64,000 nucleotides of DNA from Macrostomum hystrix (taxonomy: Eukaryota > Animalia > Platyhelminthes): positions 17,608,001 to 17,672,000 of the forward strand of contig CATNEN010000039.1 in assembly GCA_950097015.1 (NCBI GenBank). The letters are read 5' to 3'. The position numbers were made by a program, and so were the translations under genes. Below, in pieces: positions 12,801 through 27,800 of this stretch. The notes beneath the pieces were generated by a model that was not told the DNA's origin, ran no database searches, and saw nothing but the letters and a program-made list of their open reading frames with translations. The first letter of the stretch is position 1. Each line of letters opens with the position of its first letter.

Positions 12801-15800
12801 GGGCGGAGAGACTTTGTGCGGAGAGACTTTGGGCGGAGTGGCTTTAGGCGGATTCACATTGGGCGGAGGGACTTTGGGCGGAGAGACTTTGGGCGGATTC
12901 ACATTGGGCGGAGTGACTTTTGGCGCTGTGACTTTGGGCGGAGTGACTTTTGGCGGATTGTCTTTTTGCGGAGTAGTGTCCTTCGGTGGAGTGTCTTTGG
13001 GCGGAGTGTCTTTGGGCGGAGTGACTTTTGGCGCTGTGACTTTGGGCGGAGTGACTTTTGGCGGATTGTCTTTTTGCGGAGTAGTGTCCTTCGGTGGAGT
13101 GTCTTTGGGCGGAGTGTCTTTGGGCGGAGTGACTTGGCGGAGTGGCTTTGGGCGGATTCACATTGGGCGGAGGGACTTTGGGCGGAGTGACTTTGGGCGG
13201 AGTGACTTTGGGCGGAGTGGCTTTGGTCGGATTCACATTTGGCGGAGTGGCTTTGGGCGGAGTGGCTTTGGGCGGAGTGACTTTGTGCGGAGAGACTTTG
13301 GGCGGAGTGGCTTTGGGCGGAGTGACTTTGGGCGGAGTGGCTTTGGGTGGAGTGGCTTTGGGCGGAGTGACTTTGGGCGGATTCACATTGGGCGGATTCA
13401 CACTGGGCGAAGTGTCTTTGTTTGGATTCACACTGGGCGGATTGACTTTCGGCGGAGGGACTTTGGGCGGAGTGACTTTGGGCGGTCTAAATTTGGGCGG
13501 AGTGACTTTGGGCAGAGTGGCTTTGGGTGGAGTGGCTTTGGGCGGAGTGACTTTGGGCGGATTCACATTGGGCGGATTCACACTGGGCGAAGTGTCTTTG
13601 TTTGGATTCACACTGGGCGGATTGACTTTCGGCGGAGGGACTTTGGGCGGAGTGGCTTGGCCGGAGTGACTTTGGACGGAGTGAATTTGGGCGGAGTGAC
13701 TTTGGGCAGAGTGGCTTTGGGTGGAGTGGCTTTGGGCGGATTCACATTGGGCGGATTCATACTGGGCGGAGTGTCTCTGTTTGGATTCGCACTGGGCGGA
13801 TTGACTTTGGGCGGAGTGACTTTGGGCGGAGTGACTTGGCGGAGTGGCTTTGGGCGGATTCACATTGGGCGGAGGGACTTTGGGCGGAGAGACTTTGGGC
13901 GGAGTGACTTTGGGCGGAGTGACTTTGGGCGGAGTGACTTTGGGCGGAGTGACTTGGCGGAGTGGCTTTGGGCGGATTCACATTGGGCGGAGGGACTTTG
14001 GGCGGAGAGACTTTGGGCGGAGTGACTTTGGGCGGAGTGAATTTGGGCGGAGTGACTTTGGGCGGAGTGACTTTGGGCGGAGTGACTTTGGGCGGAGAGA
14101 CTTTGGGCGGAGTGACTTTGGGCGGAGTGACTTTGGGCGGAGTGACTTTGGGCGGAGTGACTTGGCGGAGTGGCTTTGGGCGGATTCACATTGGGCGGAG
14201 GGACTTTGGGCGGAGAGACTTTGGGCGGAGTGACTTTGGGCGGAGTGAATTTGGGCGGAGTGACTTTGGGCGGAGTAACTTTGGGCGGAGTGGCTTTGGG
14301 CGGAGTGGCTTTGGGCGGAGTGACTTTGGGCGGAGTGGCTTTGGGCGGAGTGGCTTTGGGCGGATTCACATTGGGCGGAGGGACTTTGGGCGGAGAGACT
14401 TTGTGCGGAGAGACTTTGGGCGGAGTGGCTTTAGGCGGATTCACATTGGGCGGAGGGACTTTGGGCGGAGAGACTTTGGGCGGATTCACATTGGGCGGAG
14501 TGACTTTTGGCGCTGTGACTTTGGGCGGAGTGACTTTTGGCGGATTGTCTTTTTGCGGAGTAGTGTCCTTCGGTGGAGTGTCTTTGGGCGGAGTGTCTTT
14601 GGGCGGAGTGACTTGGCGGAGTGGCTTTGGGCGGATTCACATTGGGCGGAGGGACTTTGGGCGGAGTGACTTTGGGCGGAGTGACTTTGGGCGGAGTGGC
14701 TTTGGTCGGATTCACATTTGGCGGAGTGGCTTTGGGCGGAGTGGCTTTGGGCGGAGTGACTTTGTGCGGAGAGACTTTGGGCGGAGTGGCTTTGGGCGGA
14801 TTCACATTGGGCGGAGTGACTTTGGGCGGAGAGACTTTGTGCGGAGAGACTTTGGGCGGAGTGGCTTTGGGCGGATTCACATTGGGCGGAGTGACTTTGG
14901 GCGGAGAGACTTTGGGCGGAGTGGCTTTGGGCGTATTCACATTGGGCAGAGTGACTTTGGGCGGAGTGGCTTTGGGCGGAGTGACTTTGGGCGGAGTGGC
15001 TTTGGTCGGATTCACATTTGGCGGAGTGGCTTTGGGCGGAGTGGCTTTGGGCGGAGTGACTTTGTGCGGAGAGACTTTGGGCGGAGTGGCTTTGGGCGGA
15101 TTCACATTGGGCGGAGTGACTTTGGGCGGAGAGACTTTGTGCGGAGAGACTTTGGGCGGAGTGACTTTGGGCGGAGGTGCTCTGGGCGGAGTGACTTTGG
15201 GCGGAGTGACTTTGGGCGGAGTGAATTTGGGCGGAGTGACTTTGGGCGGAGTAACTTTGGGCGGAGTGGCTTTGGGCGGAGTGGCTTTGGGCGGAGTGAC
15301 TTTGGGCGGAGTGGCTTTGGGCGGAGTGGCTTTGGGCGGATTCACATTGGGCGGAGGGACTTTGGGCGGAGAGACTTTGTGCGGAGAGACTTTGGGCGGA
15401 GTGGCTTTAGGCGGATTCACATTGGGCGGAGGGACTTTGGGCGGAGAGACTTTGGGCGGATTCACATTGGGCGGAGTGACTTTTGGCGCTGTGACTTTGG
15501 GCGGAGTGACTTTTGGCGGATTGTCTTTTTGCGGAGTAGTGTCCTTCGGTGGAGTGTCTTTGGGCGGAGTGTCTTTGGGCGGAGTGACTTGGCGGAGTGG
15601 CTTTGGGCGGATTCACATTGGGCGGAGGGACTTTGGGCGGAGTGACTTTGGGCGGAGTGACTTTGGGCGGAGTGAATTTGGGCGGAGTGACTTTGGGCGG
15701 AGTAACTTTGGGCGGAGTGACTTTGGGCGGAGTGGCTTTGGGCGGAATGGCTTTGGGCGGAGTGACTTTGGGCGGAGTGACTTTGGGCGGAGAGACTTTG

Positions 15801-18800
15801 GGCGGAGTGACTCTGGGCGGAGAGACTTTGGGCGGAGTGACTTTGGGCGGAGTGACTTTGGGCGGCATGACTTTGGGCGGAGTGACTTGGCGGAGTGGCT
15901 TTGGGCGGAGTGGCTTTGGGCGGAGTGACTTTGGGCGGAGTGGCTTTGGTCGGATTCACATTTGGCGGAGTGGCTTTGGGCGGAGTGGCTTTGGGCGGAG
16001 TGACTTTGTGCGGAGAGACTTTGGGCGGAGTGGCTTTGGGCGGATTCACATTGGGCGGAGTGACTTTGGGCGGAGAGACTTTGTGCGGAGAGACTTTGGG
16101 CGGAGTGGCTTTGGGCGGATTCACATTGGGCGGAGTGACTTTGGGCGGAGAGACTTTGGGCGGAGTGGCTTTGGGCGTATTCACATTGGGCAGAGTGACT
16201 TTGGGCGGAGTGACTTTGGGCGGAGAGACTTTGGGCGGAGTGGCTTTGGTCGGATTCACATTTGGCGGTGTGGCTTTGGGCGGAGTGCCTTTGGGCGGAG
16301 TGACTTTGGGCGGAGTGGCTTTGGGTGGAGTGGCTTTGGGCGGAGTGACTTTGGGCGGATTCACATTGGGCGGATTCACACTGGGCGAAGTGTCTTTGTT
16401 TGGATTCACACTGGGCGGATTGACTTTCGGCGGAGGGACTTTGGGCGGAGTGACTTTGGGCGGTCTAAATTTGGGCGGAGTGACTTTGGGCAGAGTGGCT
16501 TTGGGTGGAGTGGCTTTGGGCGGAGTGACTTTGGGCGGATTCACATTGGGCGGATTCACACTGGGCGAAGTGTCTTTGTTTGGATTCACACTGGGCGGAT
16601 TGACTTTCGGCGGAGGGACTTTGGGCGGAGTGGCTTGGCCGGAGTGACTTTGGACGGAGTGAATTTGGGCGGAGTGACTTTGGGCAGAGTGGCTTTGGGT
16701 GGAGTGGCTTTGGGCGGATTCACATTGGGCGGATTCATACTGGGCGGAGTGTCTCTGTTTGGATTCGCACTGGGCGGATTGACTTTGGGCGGAGTGACTT
16801 TGGGCGGAGTGACTTGGCGGAGTGGCTTTGGGCGGATTCACATTGGGCGGAGGGACTTTGGGCGGAGAGACTTTGGGCGGAGTGACTTTGGGCGGAGTGA
16901 CTTTGGGCGGAGTGACTTTGGGCGGAGTGACTTGGCGGAGTGGCTTTGGGCGGATTCACATTGGGCGGAGGGACTTTGGGCGGAGAGACTTTGGGCGGAG
17001 TGACTTTGGGCGGAGTGAATTTGGGCGGAGTGACTTTGGGCGGAGTGACTTTGGGCGGAGTGACTTTGGGCGGAGAGACTTTGGGCGGAGTGACTTTGGG
17101 CGGAGTGACTTTGGGCGGAGTGACTTTGGGCGGAGTGACTTGGCGGAGTGGCTTTGGGCGGATTCACATTGGGCGGAGGGACTTTGGGCGGAGAGACTTT
17201 GGGCGGAGTGACTTTGGGCGGAGTGAATTTGGGCGGAGTGACTTTGGGCGGAGTAACTTTGGGCGGAGTGGCTTTGGGCGGAGTGGCTTTGGGCGGAGTG
17301 ACTTTGGGCGGAGTGGCTTTGGGCGGAGTGGCTTTGGGCGGATTCACATTGGGCGGAGGGACTTTGGGCGGAGAGACTTTGTGCGGAGAGACTTTGGGCG
17401 GAGTGGCTTTAGGCGGATTCACATTGGGCGGAGGGACTTTGGGCGGAGAGACTTTGGGCGGATTCACATTGGGCGGAGTGACTTTTGGCGCTGTGACTTT
17501 GGGCGGAGTGACTTTTGGCGGATTGTCTTTTTGCGGAGTAGTGTCCTTCGGTGGAGTGTCTTTGGGCGGAGTGTCTTTGGGCGGAGTGACTTGGCGGAGT
17601 GGCTTTGGGCGGATTCACATTGGGCGGAGGGACTTTGGGCGGAGTGACTTTGGGCGGAGTGACTTTGGGCGGAGTGAATTTGGGCGGAGTGACTTTGGGC
17701 GGAGTAACTTTGGGCGGAGTGACTTTGGGCGGAGTGGCTTTGGGCGGAATGGCTTTGGGCGGAGTGACTTTGGGCGGAGTGACTTTGGGCGGAGAGACTT
17801 TGGGCGGAGTGACTCTGGGCGGAGAGACTTTGGGCGGAGTGACTTTGGGCGGAGTGACTTTGGGCGGCATGACTTTGGGCGGAGTGACTTGGCGGAGTGG
17901 CTTTGGGCGGAGTGGCTTTGGGCGGAGTGACTTTGGGCGGAGTGGCTTTGGTCGGATTCACATTTGGCGGAGTGGCTTTGGGCGGAGTGGCTTTGGGCGG
18001 AGTGACTTTGTGCGGAGAGACTTTGGGCGGAGTGGCTTTGGGCGGATTCACATTGGGCGGAGTGACTTTGGGCGGAGAGACTTTGTGCGGAGAGACTTTG
18101 GGCGGAGTGGCTTTGGGCGGATTCACATTGGGCGGAGTGACTTTGGGCGGAGAGACTTTGGGCGGAGTGGCTTTGGGCGTATTCACATTGGGCAGAGTGA
18201 CTTTGGGCGGAGTGACTTTGGGCGGAGAGACTTTGGGCGGAGTGGCTTTGGGCGGATTCACATTGGGCGGTGTGACTTTGGGCGGAGTGACTTTTGGCGC
18301 TGTGACTTTGGGCGGAGTGACTTTTGGCGGATTGTCTTTATGCGGAGTAGTGTCCTTCGGTGGAGTGTCTTTGGGCGGTGTGAATTTGGGCGGAGTGACT
18401 TTGGGCAGAGTGGCTTTCGGTGGAGTGGCTTTGGGCGGAGTGACTTTGGGCGGATTCACATTGGGCGGATTCACACTGGGCGAAGTGTCTTTGTTTGGAT
18501 TCACACTGGGCGGATTGACTTTGGGCGGAGTGACTTTAGGCGGAGTGACTTGGCGGAGTGGCTTTGGGCGGATTCACATTGGGCGGAGGGACTTTGGGCG
18601 GAGAGACTTTGGGCGGAGTGACTTTGGGCGGAGTGAATTTGGGCGGAGTGGCTTTGGGCGGAGTGACTTTGGGCGGAGGTGCTCTGGGCGGAGTGACTTT
18701 GGGCGGAGTGACTTTGGGCGGAGTGAATTTGGGCGGAGTGACTTTGGGCGGAGTAACTTTGGGCGGAGTGGCTTTGGGCGGAGTGGCTTTGGGCGGAGTG

Positions 18801-21800
18801 ACTTTGGGCGGAGTGGCTTTGGGCGGAGTGGCTTTGGGCGGATTCACATTGGGCGGAGGGACTTTGGGCGGAGAGACTTTGTGCGGAGAGACTTTGGGCG
18901 GAGTGGCTTTAGGCGGATTCACATTGGGCGGAGGGACTTTGGGCGGAGAGACTTTGGGCGGATTCACATTGGGCGGAGTGACTTTTGGCGCTGTGACTTT
19001 GGGCGGAGTGACTTTTGGCGGATTGTCTTTTTGCGGAGTAGTGTCCTTCGGTGGAGTGTCTTTGGGCGGAGTGTCTTTGGGCGGAGTGACTTGGCGGAGT
19101 GGCTTTGGGCGGATTCACATTGGGCGGAGGGACTTTGGGCGGAGTAACTTTGGGCGGAGTGACTTTGGGCGGAGTGAATTTGGGCGGAGTGACTTTGGGC
19201 GGAGTAACTTTGGGCGGAGTGACTTTGGGCGGAGTGGCTTTGGGCGGAATGGCTTTGGGCGGAGTGACTTTGGGCGGAGTGACTTTGGGCGGAGAGACTT
19301 TGGGCGGAGTGACTCTGGGCGGAGAGACTTTGGGCGGAGTGACTTTGGGCGGAGTGACTTTGGGCGGCATGACTTTGGGCGGAGTGACTTGGCGGAGTGG
19401 CTTTGGGCGGAGTGGCTTTGGGCGGAGTGACTTTGGGCGGAGTGGCTTTGGTCGGATTCACATTTGGCGGAGTGGCTTTGGGCGGAGTGGCTTTGGGCGG
19501 AGTGACTTTGTGCGGAGAGACTTTGGGCGGAGTGGCTTTGGGCGGATTCACATTGGGCGGAGTGACTTTGGGCGGAGAGACTTTGTGCGGAGAGACTTTG
19601 GGCGGAGTGGCTTTGGGCGGATTCACATTGGGCGGAGTGACTTTGGGCGGAGAGACTTTGGGCGGAGTGGCTTTGGGCGTATTCACATTGGGCAGAGTGA
19701 CTTTGGGCGGAGTGACTTTGGGCGGAGAGACTTTGGGCGGAGTGGCTTTGGGCGGATTCACATTGGGCGGTGTGACTTTGGGCGGAGTGACTTTTGGCGC
19801 TGTGACTTTGGGCGGAGTGACTTTTGGCGGATTGTCTTTATGCGGAGTAGTGTCCTTCGGTGGAGTGTCTTTGGGCGGTGTGAATTTGGGCGGAGTGACT
19901 TTGGGCAGAGTGGCTTTCGGTGGAGTGGCTTTGGGCGGAGTGACTTTGGGCGGATTCACATTGGGCGGATTCACACTGGGCGAAGTGTCTTTGTTTGGAT
20001 TCACACTGGGCGGATTGACTTTGGGCGGAGTGACTTTAGGCGGAGTGACTTGGCGGAGTGGCTTTGGGCGGAGTGACTTTGGGCGGAGAGACTTTGGGCG
20101 GAGTGGCTTTGGTCGGATTCACATTTGGCGGTGTGGCTTTGGGCGGAGTGCCTTTGGGCGGAGTGACTTTGGGCGGAGTGGCTTTGGGTGGAGTGGCTTT
20201 GGGCGGAGTGACTTTGGGCGGATTCACATTGGGCGGATTCACACTGGGCGAAGTGTCTTTGTTTGGATTCACACTGGGCGGATTGACTTTCGGCGGAGGG
20301 ACTTTGGGCGGAGTGACTTTGGGCGGTCTAAATTTGGGCGGAGTGACTTTGGGCAGAGTGGCTTTGGGTGGAGTGGCTTTGGGCGGAGTGACTTTGGGCG
20401 GATTCACATTGGGCGGATTCACACTGGGCGAAGTGTCTTTGTTTGGATTTACACTGGGCGGATTGACTTTCGGCGGAGGGACTTTGGGCGGAGTGGCTTG
20501 GCCGGAGTGACTTTGGACGGAGTGAATTTGGGCGGAGTGACTTTGGGCAGAGTGGCTTTGGGTGGAGTGGCTTTGGGCGGATTCACATTGGGCGGATTCA
20601 TACTGGGCGGAGTGTCTCTGTTTGGATTCGCACTGGGCGGATTGACTTTGGGCGGAGTGACTTTGGGCGGAGTGACTTGGCGGAGTGGCTTTGGGCGGAT
20701 TCACATTGGGCGGAGGGACTTTGGGCGGAGAGACTTTGGGCGGAGTGACTTTGGGCGGAGTGACTTTGGGCGGAGTGACTTTGGGCGGAGTGACTTGGCG
20801 GAGTGGCTTTGGGCGGATTCACATTGGGCGGAGGGACTTTGGGCGGAGAGACTTTGGGCGGAGTGACTTTGGGCGGAGTGAATTTGGGCGGAGTGACTTT
20901 GGGCGGAGTGACTTTGGGCGGAGTGACTTTGGGCGGAGAGACTTTGGGCGGAGTGACTTTGGGCGGAGTGACTTTGGGCGGAGTGACTTTGGGCGGAGTG
21001 ACTTGGCGGAGTGGCTTTGGGCGGATTCACATTGGGCGGAGGGACTTTGGGCGGAGAGACTTTGGGCGGAGTGACTTTGGGCGGAGTGAATTTGGGCGGA
21101 GTGACTTTGGGCGGAGTAACTTTGGGCGGAGTGGCTTTGGGCGGAGTGGCTTTGGGCGGAGTGACTTTGGGCGGAGTGGCTTTGGGCGGAGTGGCTTTGG
21201 GCGGATTCACATTGGGCGGAGGGACTTTGGGCGGAGAGACTTTGTGCGGAGAGACTTTGGGCGGAGTGGCTTTAGGCGGATTCACATTGGGCGGAGGGAC
21301 TTTGGGCGGAGAGACTTTGGGCGGATTCACATTGGGCGGAGTGACTTTTGGCGCTGTGACTTTGGGCGGAGTGACTTTTGGCGGATTGTCTTTTTGCGGA
21401 GTAGTGTCCTTCGGTGGAGTGTCTTTGGGCGGAGTGTCTTTGGGCGGAGTGACTTGGCGGAGTGGCTTTGGGCGGATTCACATTGGGCGGAGGGACTTTG
21501 GGCGGAGTGACTTTGGGCGGAGTGACTTTGGGCGGAGTGAATTTGGGCGGAGTGACTTTGGGCGGAGTAACTTTGGGCGGAGTGACTTTGGGCGGAGTGG
21601 CTTTGGGCGGAATGGCTTTGGGCGGAGTGACTTTGGGCGGAGTGACTTTGGGCGGAGAGACTTTGGGCGGAGTGACTCTGGGCGGAGAGACTTTGGGCGG
21701 AGTGACTTTGGGCGGAGTGACTTTGGGCGGCATGACTTTGGGCGGAGTGACTTGGCGGAGTGGCTTTGGGCGGAGTGGCTTTGGGCGGAGTGACTTTGGG

Positions 21801-24800
21801 CGGAGTGGCTTTGGTCGGATTCACATTTGGCGGAGTGGCTTTGGGCGGAGTGGCTTTGGGCGGAGTGACTTTGTGCGGAGAGACTTTGGGCGGAGTGGCT
21901 TTGGGCGGATTCACATTGGGCGGAGTGACTTTGGGCGGAGAGACTTTGTGCGGAGAGACTTTGGGCGGAGTGGCTTTGGGCGGATTCACATTGGGCGGAG
22001 TGACTTTGGGCGGAGAGACTTTGGGCGGAGTGGCTTTGGGCGTATTCACATTGGGCAGAGTGACTTTGGGCGGAGTGACTTTGGGCGGAGAGACTTTGGG
22101 CGGAGTGGCTTTGGGCGGATTCACATTGGGCGGTGTGACTTTGGGCGGAGTGACTTTTGGCGCTGTGACTTTGGGCGGAGTGACTTTTGGCGGATTGTCT
22201 TTATGCGGAGTAGTGTCCTTCGGTGGAGTGTCTTTGGGCGGTGTGAATTTGGGCGGAGTGACTTTGGGCAGAGTGGCTTTCGGTGGAGTGGCTTTGGGCG
22301 GAGTGACTTTGGGCGGATTCACATTGGGCGGATTCACACTGGGCGAAGTGTCTTTGTTTGGATTCACACTGGGCGGATTGACTTTGGGCGGAGTGACTTT
22401 AGGCGGAGTGACTTGGCGGAGTGGCTTTGGGCGGATTCACATTGGGCGGAGGGACTTTGGGCGGAGAGACTTTGGGCGGAGTGACTTTGGGCGGAGTGAA
22501 TTTGGGCGGAGTGGCTTTGGGCGGAGTGACTTTGGGCGGAGGTGCTCTGGGCGGAGTGACTTTGGGCGGAGTGACTTTGGGCGGAGTGAATTTGGGCGGA
22601 GTGACTTTGGGCGGAGTAACTTTGGGCGGAGTGGCTTTGGGCGGAGTGGCTTTGGGCGGAGTGACTTTGGGCGGAGTGGCTTTGGGCGGAGTGGCTTTGG
22701 GCGGATTCACATTGGGCGGAGGGACTTTGGGCGGAGAGACTTTGTGCGGAGAGACTTTGGGCGGAGTGGCTTTAGGCGGATTCACATTGGGCGGAGGGAC
22801 TTTGGGCGGAGAGACTTTGGGCGGATTCACATTGGGCGGAGTGACTTTTGGCGCTGTGACTTTGGGCGGAGTGACTTTTGGCGGATTGTCTTTTTGCGGA
22901 GTAGTGTCCTTCGGTGGAGTGTCTTTGGGCGGAGTGTCTTTGGGCGGAGTGACTTGGCGGAGTGGCTTTGGGCGGATTCACATTGGGCGGAGGGACTTTG
23001 GGCGGAGTGACTTTGGGCGGAGTGACTTTGGGCGGAGTGAATTTGGGCGGAGTGACTTTGGGCGGAGTAACTTTGGGCGGAGTGACTTTGGGCGGAGTGG
23101 CTTTGGGCGGAATGGCTTTGGGCGGAGTGACTTTGGGCGGAGTGACTTTGGGCGGAGAGACTTTGGGCGGAGTGACTCTGGGCGGAGAGACTTTGGGCGG
23201 AGTGACTTTGGGCGGAGTGACTTTGGGCGGCATGACTTTGGGCGGAGTGACTTGGCGGAGTGGCTTTGGGCGGAGTGGCTTTGGGCGGAGTGACTTTGGG
23301 CGGAGTGGCTTTGGTCGGATTCACATTTGGCGGAGTGGCTTTGGGCGGAGTGGCTTTGGGCGGAGTGACTTTGTGCGGAGAGACTTTGGGCGGAGTGGCT
23401 TTGGGCGGATTCACATTGGGCGGAGTGACTTTGGGCGGAGAGACTTTGTGCGGAGAGACTTTGGGCGGAGTGGCTTTGGGCGGATTCACATTGGGCGGAG
23501 TGACTTTGGGCGGAGAGACTTTGGGCGGAGTGGCTTTGGGCGTATTCACATTGGGCAGAGTGACTTTGGGCGGAGTGACTTTGGGCGGAGAGACTTTGGG
23601 CGGAGTGGCTTTGGGCGGATTCACATTGGGCGGTGTGACTTTGGGCGGAGTGACTTTTGGCGCTGTGACTTTGGGCGGAGTGACTTTTGGCGGATTGTCT
23701 TTATGCGGAGTAGTGTCCTTCGGTGGAGTGTCTTTGGGCGGTGTGAATTTGGGCGGAGTGACTTTGGGCAGAGTGGCTTTCGGTGGAGTGGCTTTGGGCG
23801 GAGTGACTTTGGGCGGATTCACATTGGGCGGATTCACACTGGGCGAAGTGTCTTTGTTTGGATTCACACTGGGCGGATTGACTTTGGGCGGAGTGACTTT
23901 AGGCGGAGTGACTTGGCGGAGTGGCTTTGGGCGGATTCACATTGGGCGGAGGGACTTTGGGCGGAGAGACTTTGGGCGGAGTGACTTTGGGCGGAGTGAA
24001 TTTGGGCGGAGTGGCTTTGGGCGGAGTGACTTTGGGCGGAGGTGCTCTGGGCGGAGTGACTTTGGGCGGAGTGAATTTGGGCGGAGTGACTTTGGGCTGA
24101 GTGACTTTGGGCAGAGTGGCTTTGGGCGGATTCACATTGGGCGGATTCATAATGGGCGGAGTGTCTCTGTTTGGATTCGCACTGGGCGGAGTGACTTTGG
24201 GCGGAGTGACTTTGGGCGGAGTGACTTTGGGCCGAGTGGCTTTGGGCGGATTCACATTGGGCGGAGGGACTTTGGGCGGAGAGACTTTGTGCGGAGAGAC
24301 TTTTGGCGGAGTGGCTTTGGGCGGATTCACATTGGGCGGAGTGACTTTTGGCGCTGTGACTTTGGGCGGAGTGACTTTTGGCGGATTGTCTTTTTGCGGA
24401 GTAGTGTCCTTCGGTGGAGTGTCTTTGGGCGGAGTGTCTTTGGGCAGAGTGACTTTGGGCGGAATGTCTTTGGGCGGAGTGTCTTTGGGCGGAGTGTCTT
24501 TGGGCGGAGTGTCTCTGGGCGGAGTGTCTTTGGGCATAGTGACTTTGGGCGGAGTGTCTTTGGGCGGATTGTCTTTGGGCGCAGTGTCTTTGGGCGGAGT
24601 GTCTTTGGGCGAAGTGTCTTTGGGCGGAGTGTCTTTGGGAGGAGTATCTTTGGTCGGAGAGACTTTGGGCGGAGAGACTTTGGGCGGAGTGACTTTGGGC
24701 GGAGTGACTTTGGGCGGAGTGACTTGGCGGAGTGGCTTTGGGCGGAGTGGCTTTGGTCGGATTCACATTTGGCGGAGTGGCTTTGGGCGGAGTGGCTTTG

Positions 24801-27800
24801 GGCGGAGTGACTTTGGGCGGAGTTGCTCTGGGCGGAGTGACTTTGGGCGGAGTGAATTTGGGCGGAGTGACTTTAGGCAGAGTGACTTTGGGCAGAGTGG
24901 CTTTGGGCGGATTCACATTGGGCGGATTCATACTGGGCGGAGTGTCCCTGTTTGGATTCGCACTGGGCGGAGTGACTTTGGGCGGAGTGACTTTGGGCGG
25001 AGTGACTTTGGGCGGAGTGACTTTGGGCGGAGTGGCTTTGGGCGTATTTACATTGGGCGGAGTGACTTTGGGCGGAGTGACTTTGGGCGGAGAGACTTTG
25101 GGCGGAGTGGCTTTGGGCGTATTCACATTGGGCGGAGTGACTTTGGGCGGAGTGACTTTGGGCGCTGTGACTTTGGGCGGAGTGACTTTTGGCGGATTGT
25201 CTTTATGCGGAGTAGTGTCCTTCGGTGGAGTGTCTTTGGGCGGTGTGAATTTGGGCGGAGTGACTTTGGGCAGAGTGGCTTTCGGTGGAGTGGCTTTGGG
25301 CGGAGTGACTTTGGGCGGATTCACATTGGGCGGATTCACACTGGGCGAAGTGTCTTTGTTTGGATTCACACTGGGCGGATTGACTTTGGGCGGAGTGACT
25401 TTGGGCGGAGTGACTTGGCGGAGTGGCTTTGGGCGGATTCACATTGGGCGGAGGGACTTTGGGCGGAGAGACTTTGGGCGGAGTGACTTTGGGCGGAGTG
25501 AATTTGGGCGGAGTGACTTTGGGCGGAGTAACTTTGGGCGGAGTGACTTTGGGCGGAGTGGCTTTGGGCGGAATGGCTTTGGGCGGAGTGACTTTGGGCG
25601 GAGTGACTTTGGGCGGAGAGACTTTGGGCGGAGTGACTTTGGGCGGGGAGACTTTGGGCGGAGTGACTTTGGGCGGAGTGACTTTGGGCGGAGTGACTTT
25701 GGGCGGAGTGACTTGGCGGAGTGGCTTTGGGCGGAGTGGCTTTGGGCGGAGTGACTTTGGGCGGAGTGGCTTTGGTCGGATTCACATTTGGCGGAGTGGC
25801 TTTGGGCGGAGTGGCTTTGGGCGGAGTGACTTTGGGCGGAGTTGCTCTGGGCGGAGTGACTTTGGGCGGAGTGAATTTGGGCGGAGTGACTTTGGGCAGA
25901 GTGACTTTGGGCAGAGTGGCTTTGGGCGGATTCACATTGGGCGGATTCATACTGGGCGGAGTGTCTCTGTTTGGATTTGCACTGGGCGGAGTGACTTTGG
26001 GCGGAGTGACTTTGGGCGGAGTGACTTTGGGCGGAGTGGCTTTGGGCGGATTTACATTGGGCGGAGTGACTTTGGGCGGAGTGACTTTCGGCGGAGAGAC
26101 TTTGGGCGGAGTGGCTTTGGGCGTATTCACATTGGGCGGAGTGACTTTGGGCGGAGTGACTTTGGGCGGAGAGACTTTGGGCGGAGTGGCTTTGGGCGGA
26201 TTCACATTGGGCGGAGTGACTTTGGGCGGAGTGACTTTTGGCGCTGTGACTTTGGGCGGAGTGACTTTGGGCGGAGTGACTTTGGGCGGAGTGACTTTGG
26301 GCGGAGTGGCTTTGGGCGGATTTACATTGGGCGGAGTGACTTTGGGCGGAGTGGCTTTGGGCGGAATGGCTTTGGGCGGAGTGACTTTGGGCGGAGTGAC
26401 TTTGGGCGGAGAGACTTTGGGCGGAGTGACTCTGGGCGGAGAGACTTTGGGCGGAGTGACTTTGGGCGGAGTGACTTTGGGCGGCATGACTTTGGGCGGA
26501 GTGACTTGGCGGAGTGGCTTTGGGCGGAGTGGCTTTGGGCGGAGTGACTTTGGGCGGAGTGGCTTTGGTCGGATTCACATTTGGCGGAGTGGCTTTGGGC
26601 GGAGTGGCTTTGGGCGGAGTGACTTTGTGCGGAGAGACTTTGGGCGGAGTGGCTTTGGGCGGATTCACATTGGGCGGAGTGACTTTGGGCGGAGAGACTT
26701 TGTGCGGAGAGACTTTGGGCGGAGTGGCTTTGGGCGGATTCACATTGGGCGGAGTGACTTTGGGCGGAGAGACTTTGGGCGGAGTGGCTTTGGGCGTATT
26801 CACATTGGGCAGAGTGACTTTGGGCGGAGTGACTTTGGGCGGAGAGACTTTGGGCGGAGTGGCTTTGGGCGGATTCACATTGGGCGGTGTGACTTTGGGC
26901 GGAGTGACTTTTGGCGCTGTGACTTTGGGCGGAGTGACTTTTGGCGGATTGTCTTTATGCGGAGTAGTGTCCTTCGGTGGAGTGTCTTTGGGCGGTGTGA
27001 ATTTGGGCGGAGTGACTTTGGGCAGAGTGGCTTTCGGTGGAGTGGCTTTGGGCGGAGTGACTTTGGGCGGATTCACATTGGGCGGATTCACACTGGGCGA
27101 AGTGTCTTTGTTTGGATTCACACTGGGCGGATTGACTTTGGGCGGAGTGACTTTAGGCGGAGTGACTTGGCGGAGTGGCTTTGGGCGGATTCACATTGGG
27201 CGGAGGGACTTTGGGCGGAGTGACTTTGGGCGGAGTGAATTTGGGCGGAGTGGCTTTGGGCGGAGTGACTTTGGGCGGAGGTGCTCTGGGCGGAGTGACT
27301 TTGGGCGGAGTGAATTTGGGCGGAGTGACTTTGGGCTGAGTGACTTTGGGCAGAGTGGCTTTGGGCGGATTCACATTGGGCGGATTCATAATGGGCGGAG
27401 TGTCTCTGTTTGGATTCGCACTGGGCGGAGTGACTTTGGGCGGAGTGACTTTGGGCGGAGTGACTTTGGGCCGAGTGGCTTTGGGCGGATTCACATTGGG
27501 CGGAGGGACTTTGGGCGGAGAGACTTTGTGCGGAGAGACTTTGGGCGGAGTGGCTTTGGGCGGATTCACATTGGGCGGAGTGACTTTTGGCGCTGTGACT
27601 TTGGGCGGAGTGACTTTTGGCGGATTGTCTTTTTGCGGAGTAGTGTCCTTCGGTGGAGTGTCTTTGGGCGGAGTGTCTTTGGGCAGAGTGACTTTGGGCG
27701 GAATGTCTTTGGGCGGAGTGTCTTTGGGCGGAGTGTCTTTGGGCGGAGTGTCTCTGGGCGGAGTGTCTTTGGGCATAGTGACTTTGGGCGGAGTGTCTTT